Origin: Chlorokybus atmophyticus
Taxonomy: Eukaryota; Plantae; Mesostigma and Chlorokybus algae
Assembly: GCA_009103225.1 (NCBI GenBank)
Contig: RHPI01001065.1
Span: 1-9,667 of the forward strand
Direction of reading: 5' to 3'
DNA: 9,667 bases
Part shown: positions 8,995 through 9,667 of the stretch, in pieces
How positions within the stretch are numbered: position 1 is the stretch's first letter
Layout: every line of letters starts with the position of its first letter
Made by a program: the position numbers and the translations under genes
Notes under the pieces: generated by a model
Seen by the model: only the letters and a program-made list of their open reading frames with translations
The model's database searches: none
Told to the model about the DNA's origin: nothing

Positions 8995-9667
8995 ATGGAC
9001 CCCCCTGTACCCATGCGCACCATGAATGAGGCTCTAACGCATGCGCTCCTCGCAGTCGGGCGCCGATTAGTGGGACTAGGTCAGGTCTTGACACAACCGT
9101 GGAACGGCTATGTGGACTCTGGCGATGCTCGCTATCATCATGTATCTTTCTCGCTATTCATGGTGTGAGTTGCGTGCGCTATGTCACTCTGCATGCTGCT
9201 GACTATGCATGCCACTATGCATGTGCCATACTGTTGCGCATTGTTTGTACATGCGTATGCCTTGTGTGCGATTTGGGTTGAGTTTGCCTGTGTAGTGTGC
9301 ATATGTTTGTCCTGCTATGATAGGAACGCCTATATATATGCACAGCTCTGATTGCTACCATGCAACACCCTTGCGCGTTACATGCCGTGCTACTGCCTGA
9401 ATGCGTGTCCAGTTCATGTCCATAACAATAGAGGCGCTGCCTATGCATTGCATCAACTTCTGGCGCACGTTTATGAATGAATGCGATGCAACATGCGAGT
9501 TAACCTGTAAACTTGTTTGTCAGGTCCAATTATGCAATTGGGAGCTTTCAACTCGTGAAATTGTTCATCAGGCACCCATTGCGATTGCAGCTACTGTACA
9601 AACCGGTGTGTATGTGGCAGTCTCCGTGCATGAGAACACTCCCTCGCCTCCTGATGCGCCTCTTCCT
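8995..9667 (+). CDS. Tentative 5' part of a spliced gene of unknown product (exon 8995-9162/9164, intron, exon from 9524 to window end)
   Basis: TATAAG at 8918-8923, gcaacaATGG start context, donor ATG|GTGTGAGT, GT/TG-rich intron-like tract, ttaac..ttgtttgtcAG acceptor at 9522-9523, and an open frame VQLCNWELSTREIVHQAPIAIAATVQTGVYVAVSVHENTPSPPDAPLP to the window end. No recognised domain. Confidence 0.35.

Overview
Eukaryotic repeat-rich DNA from a draft assembly (single N at 6712 and 7239, N-gap 8065-8537). Composition and TE style suggest a green alga, which is inference only. 1-4520 holds two decayed Ty1/copia retrotransposon remnants, both on the minus strand. Element 1 keeps integrase, RT and RNase H (YVDD mutated to YVDN, four in-frame stops, frameshifts). 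Element 2 keeps linker, RT and RNase H (heavily frameshifted), followed by a PPT and a probable 3' LTR that abuts the broken integrase of element 1. 4800-5300 is a degenerate ~146-bp repeat built on TATTCA/TGAATA inverted motifs. 5571-8064 is the most interesting part: three diverged versions of one colinear module (paired GC-rich hairpin repeats > CA/GCATGC tract > GCC-rich tract > AAAACCCTAAG > 13-14-bp ATGGACC repeats). The module appears as a 512-bp tandem satellite (+), a 70-bp-array version (+) and a 96-bp-array version (-). The last two face each other across (TTAGGG)3, which resembles subterminal arms of a CACTA/EnSpm-like non-autonomous DNA transposon. After the gap there is a tentative spliced gene start. 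No intact protein-coding gene, RNA gene or CRISPR array is supported, and nothing here demonstrates a novel system.
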